Assembly: GCA_028534125.1 (NCBI GenBank)
Contig: CM052818.1
Span: 16,184,001 to 16,248,000, forward strand
Origin: Lama glama
Lineage: Eukaryota
Direction of reading: 5' to 3'
Length of the DNA: 64,000 nt
The stretch's first letter is position 1. Every line of letters begins with the position of its first letter. Under the pieces are notes generated by a model that was not told the DNA's origin, searched no databases, and saw only the letters and a list, made by a program, of their open reading frames with translations. Positions 12,870 to 27,130 of this stretch are shown piece after piece. The translations under genes and the position numbers were made by a program.

Positions 12870-13690
12870 CTTACAATCACACACTCAGTATCAGTGAGGG
12901 ACTCTCTAAGGAAGGATATGACATTAAAACCTAGATGTAAAGAAAAGGTAAGTTTTCTAGGGAGATATTCAATGAAAGAAGGCAACAAGGCTAGAGTCTC
13001 ATGGATAGAAAAATAACTTAGAATGTTTTAGGAATTAAAATAACACATGATTCTTTGAACATAATGAAAAAGCAGGAAAATGAAAGCAAGATTAGGTTGA
13101 AGTGATTCATTAGAGCTGCTCATTAATATAGGGCATTTTTAGACCACATTTTCATAGTGTGACAGAAAGCCTTTAAAAGTATTTAAGAAAAGTGGTGAGT
13201 AATATTCACTTTATATTTTTAAAAGATCGCTCCTTTATGGAAAACAGATAAGGGGAGTAGAAGGTAAAGCAGGGTCTTTATTTAGTGAGAGAATTGCAGA
13301 GGCTGTGGTGGGAGGTGACAGGATGTTCCATGGCGTTGGATTAGAGGTGGAGGGGAGGTGTTAGCAGAATTTTGGAAGTAGACTTCAAAGACCTTGGTGG
13401 CATACTGCATTTTGGTAATGCTGGGTGTAAAGAGGAAGTGACCCAGGTTGCTGCCTAAGTATCAGTGGGTGTAGATTTTGAAGACTAAAGAAGGAGAAAG
13501 ATTTGGCAAGTAAGATTAAACATTCACTTTTGGATGTGTTAAATTTGAAATCTGTGTCAGACATACAAGGGGAGAGATAACAAAATCTGTTGGTTATATA
13601 AGGCATGATCTGAGAAGGTAATTTTGGTCTAGAAGCAGAAATTCTGAAAGTGTCGAAACGTAAATAGTATTTAAAGCTATGGTTATGTGC
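12870..13690 (-). mobile_element. L2 LINE fragment
   Basis: 'ttcacttttggatgtgttaaatttgaaatctgtgtcagacatacaagggg' and purine-rich antisense L2 text. Confidence 0.8.
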
Positions 13691-14674
13691 TAAATACCTA
13701 CTTTATAAAAACTTCCTATGTTCAATGTTCTTACAGTCATTAGGGGGGAAATGTGCTCACATAGAAAGTTAGTGTCAGTCTAATGGAACTAATTGTAGCA
13801 CATTACAGATTTCTGGCTGTTAGGACTACATCTGTTTCAAATACAAACAGTTCTACTATTGCAGCTTAAAATGACAGAGTCTTAGTTGTCCCATATCACA
13901 AAAAGTTAGGTATAAGAGAATTAAAGTCTAGTATTATAGCTCAATACACCATTAGGATACACTGCTTTCCAATCCAGCATACCTCAGAATGTAAACCTTT
14001 AATGCGATGCTACACAACTCAGTGTTATCAAACATCCATTGAACCTGTAGGGTCATGCCTGCATTTCTTTTCATAGCTACGTGGAAACACAAGTATTACA
14101 AGGCCATTCTTAGCTGCATGGGAGCCTGGAATACTAAGTATGTTTAACTCAGACATGGCTAAATAGGCTTTTTACTCATAAAGATGAAAGGGAGGACTTT
14201 CTATTGAGCAGATAACCAGCAGTCACTAATGCTGGTATAGTCTGTGGTGTAGTACTCTTCAAATTTGCGGACCATAATTTAACTTTATTTTAGTTCTTTT
14301 AATTAGTCATTTCTATAATATTATTTTTACTCATTTGAATTTTCCTCATGCTCTGTATTTGTCATTTTGTAATGAATTGGAATATTCATGAAACTTAATA
14401 CCTGAGAATATATTATAGAATGTTGTTGCTTTTCTGTAACAAAGATATATACCATACACTGGCAACTGTTCATATGCACTTAATAAATGTGATGTAATTA
14501 TTTCTTAAAAACTAGAAAATACCTAAATTTCCATCAGTGATAAAAAAAATTAATGCATATCAATTTAGAGTGTAATCTGAAACAATTTAAATGACTAATT
14601 TACAATTACATATACTGACCTAGAAAAAAGACACAGTTAAGTGAAAAATGTAAGCCACAGATAATTAAGGAAAT

Positions 14675-14868
14675 CAGGGTCAGGAAACATTTTCTGTAAA
14701 GGGCCAGAGAGTAAATGTTTTGGGATTTGCAATTAGTGGCACCTACTCAACCCTGTCATTATACCATGAAAGCAGCTAAACACAATATGTAAACAAAATG
14801 GGGCAATTGTTTCTCAATAAAACTATAAAAACTAGATGTCGCCCACATGTGGTGTTCTGCCAACCTCC
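14675..14868 (+). mobile_element. MER58A-like hAT-Charlie MITE
   Basis: 'cagggtcaggaaacattttctgtaaagggccagagagtaaat...ctactcaaccctgtcatt...aaagcagctaaacacaatatgtaaac...tgccaacctc'. Confidence 0.85.
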
Positions 14869-15769
14869 AATGTAGAGTATGATTCTAAAAGAAAAAAAAA
14901 TTTAATAAAAATAGAGATTATAGGTATAATTAATTGATGAAAGATACAGTTAGTGACAGAGAGAGAGAGAGAAGGAGAGACAGATAGAAGAAACTTGGTT
15001 TTCTTCTACAATGAAGAATTAAAGAAGTTCATCAAAAAGAGACTTGGTATCAAGAAAACTAAATTTTTCTCTTCTTACTCTCTATAAAATTTAAATGATA
15101 TGTAATTTTTACTTGTGCATTCATACTTTATAAATAGGAAGGTTTTTAAAAAGAATGTAAGTTGTTTTAAACTATATATTTAAACTTGAAATTAACTGAC
15201 ATAATAAAATCAACTGTTATCTAATGCTTTCATTTTTAACTGTAAAATGAGATCTTTCAGGTTTAAGAACTGATGACTAATAAAAAGATAATATGATTTT
15301 TTTAATTTATCTTCAACACATAGTTATTATGTCTGTACTTGATGTATAGCACCCGAATAAAAATATAGCACCCATGTTCTGGAGTAAACATAGTTTATAA
15401 TTTAAGGTTAGAGGCACAAAATGAATTCAACATGAATGATAAAAATATATTAATAGAACAGTAATAAATTAAAAGAAGAATATAAATTATGCATTTTTTC
15501 TTATGCTTACTCTCAGACATCAGTCCATTGGCAGCCCCACATTTTGTTCAGTTACCATTATCAGAACTCTGATGCCCACTATGGCCTTGTAACTTGAAAA
15601 TCTACTACAACTCTTATCCTTTAATTCTAAATTGATTATTGCAATTCATTTTCATCCTGTATTTTAAATCCAATTTTGTATTGTCCTTTAACTACATTCT
15701 TCGAATACTCACATATTCAAACAAATTATTACTAACAACCATTATTTCCCCTAACATAATGGCTTTTGT

Positions 15770-16000
15770 TATTAAACATTTACTCTATGCCAAGCACTTT
15801 GCTAAATTTTTATATGCATTCCTTTGTTTCATCTCCACATAACTCTCTGATATAGATACTCCTATTCCACTATTACAGACAGGGAAACTAGAGTTTAAAC
15901 ATGTTAAGTATCTCGCCCAAGGTCACAAGCAAGAAAGTAAGAGCAGAAATCTGAATCCAGAATAACAGAATTCCAAAACACACTCTCTTTGTTGCCATAG
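15770..16000 (-). mobile_element. MIR SINE
   Basis: 'ttacagacagggaaactagag...gttaagtatctcgcccaaggtcacaagc' MIR core. Confidence 0.85.
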
Positions 16001-18569
16001 TTTCCTGTCTCATATTGACACTTTGGCTTGGAAAAATAATGTGATTCTGTAACATATGGTTACACAAATCATGTGCTTTAACTTGACTGGACCCTAATGT
16101 CACCTAGAGATTCTTTATGTTTCAGACAACTTCTCTCCTAGTTCCAACAATGATTGTTGCAGGTAGGTCTCACTCTGTCTTCTTCATCTCCTCTACCTTC
16201 ATGATGAGACATCATTGTCTCTATTTTACAGAGAAAATAAGGACTGTCAGATGGGGATTTCCTAATATTTTCTGCTTACTCCTGTGTGAACATCGTATTG
16301 GCATCAGAATTTAATTTCACTTCTTTTTATTTTGTTTTGATAGAGGAGATATGTGTATGTGTGTGTGTGTGTATTTTTTTTTTTTCCCTCAAGTTAAATC
16401 CTTCCATCTCAATTTAGGTTTCAAAGTCTAATTTCCAAAGGAATTTCCAAGGAAGTTAGACTTTTTTCTTCCTCTTCTTCATTGGCTGTCACCTCTTAAG
16501 CATGGGACTAGTGATAATAATCTTGGATTAAAATTCTAGCCTTGTAAAACAGGTTCTTAAAACCTCCAAATCTGGCATTAAAAAAAGGAATGGACAGAAG
16601 GAACACAGCAGGCCCCTCTTTCACCGAGGAGGCATATCAATCCTACTGAAAGTAATTTAACAAAGTCAGTGTATTCTTGGCTTATCATCAAAAATCACTT
16701 ACAAGGCAGTGTATTGTAGATGATGTTTTGCTAAAGGTGGTGTTTGCAGAGGGAGACGTAGAACCAGTAACTGTTTTGTAAAAGTTTAAGATCAAATTTG
16801 TAGTCTTGTTAATGGTTCTTTTTTTGCTGTCCTCTTATGCTTTAATTTTTTACTGAAGATTTATTAGTGCATTATAAAGCTTTTTTTTTTTTACTGTATT
16901 GTGGCATACAAGCCACCTTTTAGCTTTACATTATTTGGATATTAGAATAAGATGACTAGAAAAAAATTTCCTAGTTCTGAAGAAAAAAATGATATGTCTA
17001 TTTCTGAGCATTTCCTAGAGAAAACCTGCCCAGGAAATTTATCGATACACTTGGAAATCCAGTCTGTTTTTATTTGGATCCTGAATAAATTTCTTCTCTA
17101 AACATGCATCCTTTTAATTATCATTACATTTCAATAATTATGATGCAATTAATACACTTATCCATGTAAGTTAACCATTTGACATTTAGTTGATTTTTTC
17201 ACATATTTTAACAGAGATTTAATCAGACCTTGTATAAATACCAAAAATCTGTATGAAAGAGCATTTCCAATACCAAAGTAAAATTAATTACATGATATGA
17301 TGGCTGGTGGGTAAACATTTCTGTAGCTCATTTGGATAACTAGTCTAGGAATGATCTGCTTATTGAATTACTGAAGCAATGAAGAGATATTATAAAATTC
17401 TATTTTAGGTTATAAACATCTTTGATTTCACATCCTGTGCAAATCTAATTTCTCCTATGATAATACATTCAAAGACATGTCCAGCTAGAAGTAATCCTTC
17501 CCTCCAGTGTTGTCGCATTGCAATTAGTTCCTCTCTTATAAGAGTCTGCCTATTTCAACTTTTTTATTTCCCATTAGTACCTGGATGTTTGGCATTGTGT
17601 AAAGACAACTCTGTATCCCATACAGTGTCTAGTACACTGTTGCAGGCATAGTTTTACAGTGTAAAACATGATGACAGCTGATTAAAATATATTCATTTTG
17701 AGTATGTAAGCCTTAGATTTATGTGTTGAGAAGCAATCATTCTAGAGTGTTCTTTGAGTCCTTATCAGTTGATAAATTCAATCACAGAGGGGAAACTTCT
17801 AATTACAGGAATGATTTTGGCAGTAGACTGAATACAACTAAGGAGGTTACTCCTGGGTTGTATGTTCCTTGTAAGTCTAAGAGAGAATTTTTATAGACAA
17901 CTAAGTTTTTAGTTGCCTCAATAATAAATAAGCTTTTATATAATGAGATTACGTATACAAGCTTTGCAAATATTTTATATTATTAGGATAGACTGATAGA
18001 GACCAGCAAGAGATGGAATGAAAGTATTTAGAAATCTAATTATCAATTGGCATTGGAGTGTGTCTGACCTGGAGACATTAAAAAATGTATTAGGTAAAAG
18101 TACTGGGAGAATCATGCTCGTATGGCTTCAAGCCCAAGAATATGTGTACTTCTTCTGACTTCAATCAACCTTCAGATGTAAAATGTTTATAAAAGGACTA
18201 CTTATCTAAAGGTAAAAGGTGTGAATGTCATGGTAACATGAGAAGGCATTTCCTAAATCGTGGATAATAAATTTCAAGCTGAAATATGGTCTTATAGATG
18301 TTCTTTAGTGGCACAGAGTTGGAACAGCCACTTGGACACAATATGAAGTCAACAGTTCAGAACAGTAACACCTTCCTACCAGCCTAGAAGATCTACCTCT
18401 GTATTCTTACGTTAAATTAATAAAGATGTAACACATTAAATTTGGCATGGCAGATAACTGGCATAGAGAACTCGTGACGAATAAAACATGAAAACACAGT
18501 ATAGAAAGGGGGAAAAATAGAAGTAGAACTTTATCTTACATAACACACACACACAGAACTTAAATGTAT

Positions 18570-18735
18570 GGTTGACAATTGTAGTAAGCAAATATAGAGG
18601 AAACCTAGTTCGGTTTGAATTTCGGGCAAGAATTTTTAATATACTCCTCAAGCAGTATTTAGAAGATAATTATATGAAAAAGCTATTTCTTGTTTATCTG
18701 AAATCAAACATAACTGGGTGTTCTGCATTTTAGCA
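18570..18735. mobile_element. MER53-like palindromic MITE, degraded
   Basis: 'ctagttcggtttgaatttc' pairs with 'tgtttatctgaaatcaaacataactgggtgttctgcatttt', as in MER53. Confidence 0.7.
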
Positions 18736-18768
18736 AGTCACTTACTTAAATGTCAAAAGAAAAATATT

Positions 18769-19884
18769 GAGAGTGACATCAGCACCATAGCAGCATAAGC
18801 CATTTCTCATCATCACTTTTGTATCCTCCTTCAACAACAAAAATTTGGCATCTATTCATGAACGAAAGTGCCCTTGGAGCTGTGGGATCTAGCACCATAC
18901 ACCAAAGGACTTGGAAGGAGTCTCGTCCACTTGTGCATCAAGGCAGACAGACCTCAGTCCTGGCTGTGGACCCTGCAGTAGCCCATGAACAAGTCTCTCG
19001 TGGCTGCAATCTAGGAGATGCTGCAAAACAGTCTTAGACAATCACCCATGGGTGAGAGAGGTTTTGTGGAAGTATAGGTTTCCAGAGGAGAATTTCAAGC
19101 ACATCATTGGAACACTATGACAATCAGTATGGAGGTTCCTCAAAAAATTAAGACTAGAATTACTTTATGTTCCAGCAATCCCATGTCTGCATATATATCT
19201 AAAGAAAATGAAAACATAATCTCAAAGAGATATCTGTACTGACAAGTTCATTATAGCCTTATTCACAATAGCCAACTTAGAGAAACAACCTTAGTGTCTG
19301 CCAATGGATGAATGGATGAAGAGATGTGAAGAAGGTGTAACACATATACACACACACACAAAATGGAATATTATTCACCCTTAAAATGAATGAAAGCTTG
19401 TAATGTAATTTGTGATAACATGGATGGAACTTGGGGGCTTTATGCTAAGTAAAGTAAGTCAGAAAGACTAAGATAAATACTGTACAATATCACTTACATG
19501 TAGAATCTTAAAAAAAAAAAGCCAAATTCATATAAGCAGAAAATAGAATGATGGTTACCAGAAGGCAGGTGGTGAGGGAATTGGGGAGTTGTTGGTCAAA
19601 GAGTAAAAAGTTCCAGTTGAAACATGAACAAGTTTTGGGGATCTTATGTATAACAAAGTGACTATTGTTAATACTATATTACATTCTTGAAAGTTGCTAA
19701 GAGAATAGATCTTAAATGTTCTTACCACAAAAAAGAAATGGTAATTATATGATGTGATGAAGGTGTTAGCTAATGCTATAGTAGTAATCATTTTGAATAA
19801 TATAACTGTATCAAATCAACATACTACATACCTAAAACTTATGCAATGTCATACATTAATTATATCTCAATAAAACTTAGAAAG
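18769..19884 (+). mobile_element. L1 (L1MA-type) with 5' UTR start joined to ORF2 3' end and 3' UTR
   Basis: Starts 'gagagtgacatcagca...' (L1M 5' end), switches near 19110 to 'cactatg...cagtatggaggttcctcaaaaaatta', then a complete 3' UTR ending 'tatatctcaataaa'. Confidence 0.8.
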
Positions 19885-19929
19885 AAAGAAGATATTAAAG
19901 CACAGAAAAATCCATGATATCTCTCTGAG

Positions 19930-20300
19930 TGAAGACTGAAAAGATTTTTTAAACCACATACAAAAAGCAGTAAGTGAAAATGAGTGATAATTTTGAATAA
20001 TTTAAAATTAAGAATTATGTTTAAGGAAAAATAACAGTGAAAAAGTAAGTTAGAAAGTGGGAAAGGATCTTTTCAACACATATAACCTACAAAGTTTTAA
20101 GGAAAGTTATAAGGAAAGATAATAAAAGTAGACAAAAGATAACAGTCATTTCATTAAAGAGGAAATACATAAGGCTAATAAACAGAGATTTAACCTCAAA
20201 CATAATCAAGGAAATTAAAATAGCAAAATAAGAGACCATTTTATTCTTATCTATTGATAAAAATGAAGAATTCTAAAAATACAAAGTGCCAGAGAAACTG
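19930..20300 (+). mobile_element. Old L1M(E) ORF2 remnant
   Basis: A-rich degraded L1 motifs 'tttaaaattaagaatt', 'aagaggaaatacataaggctaataaaca', 'aatcaaggaaatt'. Confidence 0.6.
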
Positions 20301-20454
20301 TGAATCATTAGCTTTTTAAAATAACTGCTAGTTTCAGCAGTCTTATGGGAGAAAAATGGTTTTTCAGTGTTTTCTTTGTTGTTGTTGTTTATTATCTTTT
20401 GTAATAATTCAGTTATTGTGATTGTTTTTTTCATACATTTAAGGGTTGATTTTG

Positions 20455-20583
20455 TATATATATATATATATACACACACATATATATATATACACACACA
20501 CATACATATACATACACACATCTATCGATAGATACACACACACACATATATATAATACATATATATTTATATATATATATATA
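20455..20583. repeat. Compound (TA)n/(CA)n microsatellite
   Basis: Direct reading. Confidence 0.95.
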
Positions 20584-21894
20584 AAATGTCCACTCATGTC
20601 TTTTTCTTATTTTTTCCATCTGGCTTTCAGGATTTTGTGCTTCATTTTTTCATATGAAATCATATGTTTTGCCACTGACCTCCAGTATGGCTCCTATGCT
20701 TAAAACCAAGTATAGCATAGATCATTCTGTATAGAAATGCCTTTTTATTTCTTACTGTAGTAACAAATTAAAATACTGCCAATTAAAATATTTTTCACAA
20801 TTATCAATTCTTAAAAGATACATTCAAATATCACTTAACTATGGTATTCTGAAGAACAAACACAAAGGCAACCCATGTTTATCTGCTTTTTTCCCCACAT
20901 TTTCAACTTGAATTGGTATTTTTCATTTTTGTATTTAAACAGCTTGCATCGTTCCTTAAACATTTCCTTGCTTTCCAACTGTATTTCATGTTTATAGGAC
21001 AACAGCTCTCAACCTTTAGGTGCTAGAGGCACAGATTTAAATAACAAATTTTTGTGTGTCAAACTAAAGGGAGTTACAATGTAAGCAACTGTTTGTAAAA
21101 GCAAGTTTAGAGAATACTATAAAAACCTTCCATAAGCATTACATTCTTCACCTGATCACCTTTCAGTGTTATATTACCTTTGAGTAAAATACATTTTTAA
21201 TCTGCTCTGTATTTCCTTATATATTCATGGAAATGTTTCATGATTCCTGGTTGATCTTATGTCTGGCAGGAAGTTCTACTTACTTCAACACATCCTGGTG
21301 TTTATGGCTTAATAAAAATTGGCACATTGTTAAAAATTTGACTTTATACTTGCGAATGCTTCACAAATAAAGAGTCCAACTATTCTAGGAAACTACAAGA
21401 TCTAACCTATATTTTCTGCCAGAAGGACTTGCTAATAATGAACTGTATATTGGAGATCAAGTGAAAAATAATACCTCTTAAAATTTTTCACATTGCTATA
21501 TTTTAGTTCAGGATATCTTTTTTTTTTAACATTTTATAGAATTATAATGAATTTTCATTTATTTCCTTATAATAAATTTTTAACCCCCATATCTCTGCAA
21601 CAACAAAATATTTTAATAAATTTCTTAATTAACATTGACTTATAGTTTGTATATTTCCTCTTCTAAAGAGAAAAATAAAAGGTGAATATTTAAGGAATTT
21701 TATTAGCTTCCAGTACAGTTTTGTTAATCAGTTTGATAAAATTGAAATAATAATGCCACAAGTAAAATAGTAGCTGTGATAGTAAAAATATACCTAGGAA
21801 AAAGAAACAGTTTAAATTGAGAGAAAATATAATGTGAAATTAATTCAGTGTAAAATTGGCATTAAAATGGGGATGAAATTTTAGAAGGTGATTT

Positions 21895-22140
21895 GCCTCC
21901 TATGTGGCAAGCATTGTACTTAGGTTGTTAATCTGTTTTGTATGTTGCCATTTATTTAATCCTTAAAATAACATTTCAAAGTAGACAACACTGTCCCCAA
22001 TTGATACATGTGAAAAATGAATGCAGGAATATTAAAGTAACTGACTCAATGTCATATTGAGTCTGTTAAAGGAAGAGTTAGGATTAAAATTCATTGGGCT
22101 GTAAACTCAATGTTATTTCTATCATAACTTGCTGCCTCAC
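21895..22140 (-). mobile_element. MIR SINE
   Basis: 'gcctcctatgtggcaagcattgtacttagg...atttaatcctt...aaagtaactgactcaatgtcat'. Confidence 0.7.
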
Positions 22141-24599
22141 TTAAATAAGGACATTTATTTTTATTGAGCACAGCTTATAATGAGTAAATGACAAATTCTG
22201 GTACTACAGTGACAGTTTGGGTATGAGTAAGACTCAGATCACATTTATTTTTTAAAGATTACCTGTCAAAGTTAATTAGGTAAAGTCAGGAATCACATGG
22301 AAATTATTTGATTTATATGACTCTTTCTGACATAATAGTTAATTTTAGTTTCACTGTTACTTTGAATGAAAGTTTATATTGTAACTTAGTTTTACAAAGC
22401 ATAGTGGAGAGATAAATATCTGTAATCTTGAATGGTGTATTCTTTGATACATGCATGATGTATATATATGCAAATCTGAGTCTGTCAGATAGTTTATTCA
22501 CTGTTATCACAATACTGACAACTCGTAATGCTAAATTAGCCTATATGTGAAAAGAAAGAATCATTCTAAAATCCTCAGAAAGGTTCTATGTAATGACCAA
22601 GAAGGCACATCCAGGAAGCTGGACTTTCCTATAATTTTCCCCATATGTATTAGTTAATAAAGAGGCCCCAGACTTTGATAAAGGACTGATGTCAACATAT
22701 CTCTGGAGAAAACAAACAAACAAACAGTTTCCTTAGCAGATGAACAAGTAGCAGTTTGATCACTCTATACCCAAGAGATCTTTAACACAGAGCAGGAAAA
22801 TTTAGATCATACAAATAGATTTCTCTTCCTTTCAGTGAGGTAGCTCTGAATTAGATCCTTATCTTAACACTGAGTAAACTGTCAAATAAATAATACAACT
22901 GAAACAACCCCATCCTAGGGATGGCATATTTCTTGTCTCCAACAGAGTTTTTGAGAAGCACAAGTTTCAAAGAATATAATTTTATGTGATCAAACATCTT
23001 TGAATGATTTGTAAATTGAACAAGCAAGAAATGAGAATAGCAGTGATTATTTTTATACTGGTAATACTATTTCCCTGAAAGAACACCTTCTAATTATAAT
23101 TCTACAGGTGAAATATTTAGCACACTTGTAGAAAGCAAAGTGAAAATATTTGTAAACATTTGCATCATTCGGTTGAGAAAATTGAAAATATGAGTTACAA
23201 AAAAAAAAACTGTGTAGTCTTTTTATGTTAGCATTAGCAAAAATGTTTGAAGAAAATTATACCAAAATGGAACTCATAAACCACAGAAACAAAAGTTTTA
23301 ATACTGGAAGGAATGTGAAACACAAGCTGGTTAAAAAGCAAATATTCATGTATTTAAAGTGAAATGTTCCCATTATATAACTAGAGTGACTGAGGCCAAG
23401 GGAATTTATGTGATTTCCTATCATAGAAAAATATATTTCATATATATATTTATATATGAATGCAATTAATATATGAATATATGCATATTTTATATTTTAT
23501 ATATCAGAAAATTTATCACAGAAAAATATACATCAAACTCATTTTTAAATTTATGTACAAATTTTGAGAAAAAAAACTAAATTTTATCTTTCATCTTAAT
23601 TTCTGAAATGAATATAATACTGTAAATACATTTTAGCCATATAAAAATACTATCAATAAAATAAAAATTAATTCAAATGAAAGCTATAGTTCATATTTGT
23701 TACCATACTGAGTTGAATAATAATCTAGCATACTTTATTCTAAAGAGTTTATTAATTTGTTTTATTTATTAGGTGTTATACTAATTTTATCTAGGAGTTG
23801 TCTTGTGAAGCAGATGGTTAATAGAACTACTAAAATCTAAAGTAACAGTTTCTAATTATACTACTGAATTCTAGCCTGTTCACTTATGCTGATTACTCTT
23901 AAAGTTGATAAATATACATTTCCATTTTTAAAAATACATTATTCTCAGTACCTCCTGGGCCCCTGGGGAACAAATCCAAATATCAAGAACAGATAGGAAG
24001 GAAAAAATGAATAATATTTAATTTTTTCAGGCAAAATTGGCTATTTTTCTTTTCTCCACTTATAGCAAGTAAAATGCCCACCAAGAATAGACAATCCCTG
24101 GCACTACTTGATGTAGACACATTACTAAATCCTATCTAATGCCATCTAAAGCAGAAATGTCCTGCAAAAGCTTTCACAGCATTCCTTAAGAGAGAGTGCT
24201 GTAATGCATGCTTGGTCCATCCTTAATCATCCTTTTCCTCATTCTATTTTCAGGCACATAGATACCTGTCTACAAACTGATCCATGTGAATGATCCAAAG
24301 ATCACCATAATGATGTAACAAAAATGAAAGAACTTCGTTGCCTAAAGACTTCATGGAGTGGAAGCACATACTAGTCCTGGATTGCTTATAGATTCTTATT
24401 TTGTTTACACAAGTGTTAATGTGATTCTGTTATTCAGAACCAAATGTGACTAAGTGATACAGACAAAGAGTTATATGCACGTAATAATGGTGAAAGGAGA
24501 ATAAAAGGAGAAATAAAGTTAGAGAAAGTAAGAACTTATCTAGAGTTGATCTGGAGCTGATACTAGAATGGCTTCCTTTATCATAAGCTATCAAAAATA

Positions 24600-25340
24600 T
24601 TATCTGTGAGAGCACATGGCTATATCTTTCCGTAAGTATGCCATAAGCCTGACATTTCCATAATAAAAAATAAAACCAAATAAACGAAAAATCTAACAGA
24701 GATAAAATCTTGCAGAAGACTTGTGTAAAGAATGAGAACTGAACCAAAAACCACGAAAGAAAAGAAACAAATTTCATTAATAAAAAGAAGTAAGAGCTCC
24801 TGCGTGGAAAAAAAAAAAGTTCTGAAAAGCAAAATCAAAAAGTTAACTTTAAAGTCACAATATACATGAAAATGTGTTATGAACAAGTAATTCACACAAA
24901 AATAGAAAATAGGCAAAACACATATAGTTTTAAAGATAATCACAAAATGTTAATTAATATAAACAAATACTTAACCTTGCTTACAATCAAAAATATAAAT
25001 TATATAACAATGAAGAGCTGTTTTGTATTTCAGCTTAACAATGGTTTAAAACTTTGGTATTTTTGTATTATGTAAGCTTATGACTCATGTTGGTTGAATA
25101 GACACGTGTATATCATTAATGGGTGTGGAAATTGGTGTAAATTCCTTGAAGGGAATTTGGCAATAAACATTAAAATTGAAAATGCATATGCCATTTTACC
25201 CAAGAATCCTAAATCTAGTATGTTATTCTGTAGATATATTTGCATAACTATACAAAGATGGGCTTTGCAAGGGTGGTCATTCATAAATATTTGATATTAC
25301 CATAAAAAATGGAAGTAATTATTGTTTATCAAGAGATGAC
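24600..25340 (+). mobile_element. Old L1M(E) ORF2 3' remnant
   Basis: 'tggaaattggtgtaaattccttgaagggaatttggcaata...aatgcatatgccattttacccaagaatcc'; translation GNWCKFLEGNLA resembles the ORF2 C-terminal region. Confidence 0.7.
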
Positions 25341-25349
25341 AGGTTTCAT

Positions 25350-27130
25350 ACATTCATTCATTTACCTAATGGACAAATATCTTTTCATTAAATCCTAGGT
25401 TCTTTTCCAGGATTGAGAACCCAACAGTAGAGAAGACAAGTAAAGTTCCTGCTCTCATGGAATTTATATCCTAAAGGTATAGAGGGAGATGGAGACCAAC
25501 AATAATAAGTAAACAAACAAACAATCAAAACTAACAAAATCATCTTTTATATTGGTAAATGTTGTGAAGACCAAAAATAGAGTGATGTGAAAGCTACATA
25601 TTAATGGAATAATTTTGATTGGAGGTTCAGGAGGAACCATTCTGAGGAGATAATTCAGCTGAAAGCTTAAGGATACTTTGAAGGCTACTCGGCAAAGTTT
25701 GTGGGTGGCATGCTCAAGATAAGAGCCAACTCAAAGACACAGTTAATTAAGATGAGTTTGGTATATGTTTCAGTAATTTTTTGTAGTAGTAAAAGGCAAA
25801 ATGCCAGGTCTTTCAAACGTAATGGAATTTCCAAGGGGAATGAGGAACTTCACCATTTTTGGAGGAGCAGGCTGGATTTCCAGGAAAGACTATCAGCTTA
25901 ACAAGAGAACTGGCCTGCAAAGGGAGTTATGATTTCTGAGGCTACCATTGGATTTGATGTGTTCCAGTTCATGCTGCCCAAGCTCTTATGCAGCAAGTTA
26001 AGATAAATAGCAGTTGGTGTTCCGCGCTCACAAAGCTGGCGATCAGACACTGGAAAGAAAAATTTGGCTACAGCGTTTACCACACCTGCCTCTCAACATC
26101 CAGAACACTGGAGAATGGATGCTTGAACACTGCTGTGAGAGCTCTTGGGTCCTCAAATTTGAATGACAGGAGGAAAAAGCCAAATGGGCAGGAAGATGCC
26201 CAATGTCTCACTTCTATTTTCCAAACACTTGCACAAGTGCATTGATTAGCAATTCTGATATCCATCCAGAAATCAAGCTGAAAGGAAGTCCAGGAAATGT
26301 AGTTTTCAGCTTTTTCATCTTTAGAGGAAAGAATGAACTGTAGTTGGACAAGCCAGTTCACAGTATTGAGAAAAAAATTTATGAAATGGGGCTGAGGACT
26401 AAGGGCTAACTCAAAGAGGGCTATTTTAAGTTACGTCAAAGAGTCTGGATTTTACCCTAGGTACAATGGAAAGACACTGAAATTGTGAAACTGGAGAAAT
26501 CTGTAATCTTGTTTACATTGTAAAATATATTTTTAGGTGCAATGTATAGATTGGATTGTGAATAGAATGGAAGAAGGAAGGAAAATAGCGTACAGCTAAG
26601 GTATAGGTGAGAGGTGACAGTGGCTTGAATTATGGAAAAAATCAAAAGAAGCAGATTTAGAATATATTTTAAAAAACAGCTAGCGGGATTTGCAGATGAA
26701 TTGGATGTGGGAGTGAGGTAATGAGAATTAAATTTAGAACCTTAAGTTCTGATTGGAGGAACAGGGCACATGATGGCATGATGTACTGTCATAAGAAAGC
26801 TGAAGAACAGTATAGTGTAGGTTGGGGATCTGCAGTAGGGATAAAGAATTCTGTTTTGTCTGTGAAAATCTTGAGATTTCCATTAAATAATGATGTATAG
26901 TTCATGATAGATTGCTGGGAGTCACTGTAATATAAACAATATTTAAAGACACTGGATTCCCAGCTACCATCTAGGATGAGGAAATAGATAACGTAGAGAG
27001 AAAGGGAAGCTCTGTCCCGGGATTGTTTCAATATTAAGTAGCAGAGTTATTAACAGGAAGATAGATTAAGAAGAGTCATGAAACCCTGGAAAAGGGAGTG
27101 TTTCAACAAGGAGGGTATAATCAACTGTGA
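25350..27130 (-). mobile_element. L2 LINE in two pieces (about 25350-25770 and 26370-27130) split by an LTR
   Basis: 'cattcattcattt' tail and 'cctgctctcatggaatttatatcc' on the left; collinear continuation 'gagtctggattttaccctagg...gatgaattggatgtgggagtgagg' on the right. Confidence 0.8.
25780..26365 (-). mobile_element. Old ERVL-class LTR (LTR33/LTR41-like) nested in L2
   Basis: 'agctgaaaggaagtccaggaaatgtagttttcagcttt' is typical of these LTRs; the block interrupts the L2. Confidence 0.6.

Noticed and set aside
16560..16900. Possible processed pseudogene
   Set aside because: Only short unrecognised frames; no polyA tail or TSD in a consistent orientation.
20273..20703. ORFs rich in YI/CV/HT repeats
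   Set aside because: Translations of the (TA)/(CA) microsatellite.
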